Source of the DNA: Macrostomum lignano
Taxonomy: Eukaryota
NCBI GenBank assembly: GCA_002269645.1
Contig: NIVC01000169.1
Coordinates: 310,001 to 374,000 of the forward strand
Direction: 5' to 3'
Length of the DNA: 64,000 bases
Below are positions 61,429 to 64,000 of this stretch, piece by piece; the first letter of the stretch is position 1, and each line of letters begins with the position of its first letter. The notes beneath the pieces were generated by a model that did not search any database, was not told the origin of the DNA, and worked only from the letters and a program-made list of their open reading frames with translations. The translations under genes and the position numbers were made by a program.

Positions 61429-64000
61429 ATCTCCCAGCTGGCTGAGTAGGATAGGTTCTGATTTGCACTGTTTCGCATGCAGTTGAGTAGGGTCTGTTTA
61501 GTTAACAAGTCAGCAGAACATGGAAACAGGTATTAATGTATTCAGGGTTTTTGTTTTCCCTGCTAATGACAAGTTGCTAATGACACAAATGTCTGACAGA
61601 CTGCAGAGTAAGCTTATGATAATTTTCATTGGAATCAATTTTATATACCTAAACCTCAATAGAGGCATAGAGGGATAAAAGTTTTGGAGGGGGCGTCCAA
61701 AGGAGTGACCAACCGAAAGGTCAATGACCAACAACTAGAGCATAGGGAATCAAGGTGTTCAATACCTAAACTTCAATATAGGTATAGGGATCTATTGAAG
61801 ATCAAGTAATATAAAATTTTGACCCAATTAAAAATGAAGCTTAAATATCTAAATAACCCATGCCATGAGTAACCCATATAGAAAAGAAATTGTAGTCCTA
61901 TCAAAACTAGAAGTTCTGTGTGTGTATCCTAAACTCTGTTCAATAAAGACTTGATACCTCTTTAAGATTAGGTAGATTATTAATTCATTAAGCATATATT
62001 GTTTTACATTTATGTTTAATAACAAACCAGAATAGTTAACAGTTATAATCTATAGGGGATAAACAAATCAAGCTCCTATCATCACCAAAGCCAAGGGTAA
62101 ACATTTGCAGATTTAGCTTTTTTATCATTTATGATACCCCTTGACTGCCTGGCAAAGTTTAAAAAAATCAGAAAATTAGAAGTTTTTTATATCTTTAAGG
62201 TTCAAAAAGTCCTAATTATTAGGAATATTAAATATTATTAAATATTGGGACCTAATATTTGAGTAGTTATTCAATATTTATTAGCTTCTAAAAGGATATA
62301 CATATCATAGACAATTAAGCTTGACTTGGCTAGATTAGAGCATGTTGGGCCCAAGATAGGCTAGGCAAATTTTGACTTAAGCCAGGATGGGCCACAGCTA
62401 TAGTGGCATATATACTCAACTTAGAAAATGTTGAGTTAGTGGCAACATCTTGTATACATGTAGCTAACTAATAGTTAAAATTTAGGCTTCTGACATTTTA
62501 TAAACATTGTCTCTAAAGTATTCAGTTCAGTATACTCAAGATAGCAAGAATAAATAACCTTAAACAAATCAAAAGGGTTGCTATTCTAATATGAATCATA
62601 TAAAGTGTTTTAGGTGACTGATCCTTTAGTCTAATCAATGTTCCTTGACCCTCCTAGTATATATGTTACTTTTAACTTATGTAAAAAATATTTTAGTTGT
62701 TAGAACAAGGAAACTTATAAAATACCTATAGTAAGTAGTCAAGGGATATGGTATTCAAGCTATAGACATTTTAAGACACCTATTTAAAGCTCAACAAAAG
62801 TTTATCAGTGTAATCACTTTTAAAATAATTGTACTACTTGTACACAATGCATTGGCATAGTGTATTCTTGAAATATATATCAACATGCTGCTTATGAACA
62901 ATGCAATCAATCATTACAAGTTAGGTGTTGCTGGAAAGCGGCTTTTAACTTCTACAATTTGCTACTAGAATCATTTGGTTCCATCAGTTTTTATCAAAAG
63001 TTACAACTACATATGTAGCAATAGGTCACCTATAGACTTACAGTAAGTCAACAAGTTAACAAAATTTCAAAGTGATAGCTCACAAATGGCTAACTGGCTA
63101 CAATGAATACTAAAAAATGATTGCAGTAAATGACTAAAATAAACCCATGAGCCAATGAAAGTTGAGCATGAATCTTAGCTCAACTATGCCCTATCCCCAA
63201 AGGGTGTTTCTCACACTCCTTTGAGCAACACTTGAATGCATATCCAAGACTTTTAGCGTAGCAAAAGGAGGGAACAAAAAGCAATAAAGTTTGAAATATT
63301 CTGTTGCTTTAAAAGCTATATGCTTCTCCAAGTTTCTCCATAGATATCTCTTTGTCACAGCAGCCTAACAAAGAAGTCTGAAAGCATTCAATCAAAAGTA
63401 CTCTTGCTACTTTTCACTAGCTAGCTTCCACTAGCTTTACGAGTATAAATTAGGCTATAAACTTTTCCTTCAAGTTCCTCCTTCTTCATTCTATCAAAAT
63501 TCCTATTTTTCTTTATATTACTCATATGTTTATATTTGAAAATGACCAAACAAAATTATTAGTATTTTTAATTCTATTAAAATGCACTGGGATAAGCAGT
63601 TTCTATTTTTTTGCTTCAATGTATAGTGTTATATTTCCAATTTTTTCATTTATTGGTTTTTTATATCATTGGGGGAGACATTATTCCCAATAAAAACTAT
63701 GGGCCTAGGGACATGCAAATGCTTTGTCTTTATCATTTAGGCCTCATTAATATTACCTAGTAAACCATAAATTATGATAATCAATAATTTTGATTTGAGG
63801 CAATAAAACAGCCTCTGAAGTGCCAAAATGAGTATGCCAACAACACCAAAATTAAAAATAATGTATACTATACATAAAGGCCCTAAAGACAATTAAACTG
63901 CAACATATATACAGGATGCAATACTTACATTTCATGGAAAAAGTTTTGAATGCCACTTTTTATTTAAAAAACACTATGTCTCTATGAAGATAAGAACTTT

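Noticed and set aside
61440-64000. AT-rich terminal segment as a possible large transposon or gene
   Set aside because: No substantial ORF, terminal repeat or recognisable motif visible; left unannotated.

Overview
This is eukaryotic (animal) genomic DNA, not prokaryotic: GC-rich exons, GT-AG introns and about 35 different short-period (9-53 bp) tandem arrays. That architecture fits what is published for the flatworm Macrostomum, but the taxon is an inference. By hand I could assemble five complete gene models and one terminal exon, with consistent splice phases across every junction. They are: a 3' coiled-coil exon (303-540, +); a 3-exon Iroquois homeobox gene (-); a 3-exon secreted N-formylglutamate-amidohydrolase-like enzyme (-); a 9-exon five-Ig Kirre/Neph1-type adhesion receptor (+); a single-coding-exon neuropeptide precursor with repeated LFGTPDRY peptides (-); and an intronless class I SAM-methyltransferase-like ORF (-). 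Interspersed elements are tRNA-derived SINEs, two 3' stubs of a non-LTR retroelement (one with a 12-bp TSD) and a three-copy dispersed repeat carrying a hammerhead-like core. Most long ORFs in the supplied track are artefacts of stop-free minisatellites. The best leads are the unassigned non-amidated neuropeptide precursor, the hammerhead-like dispersed repeat, the FGase-like and methyltransferase genes, and the pattern of a private minisatellite in nearly every intron.
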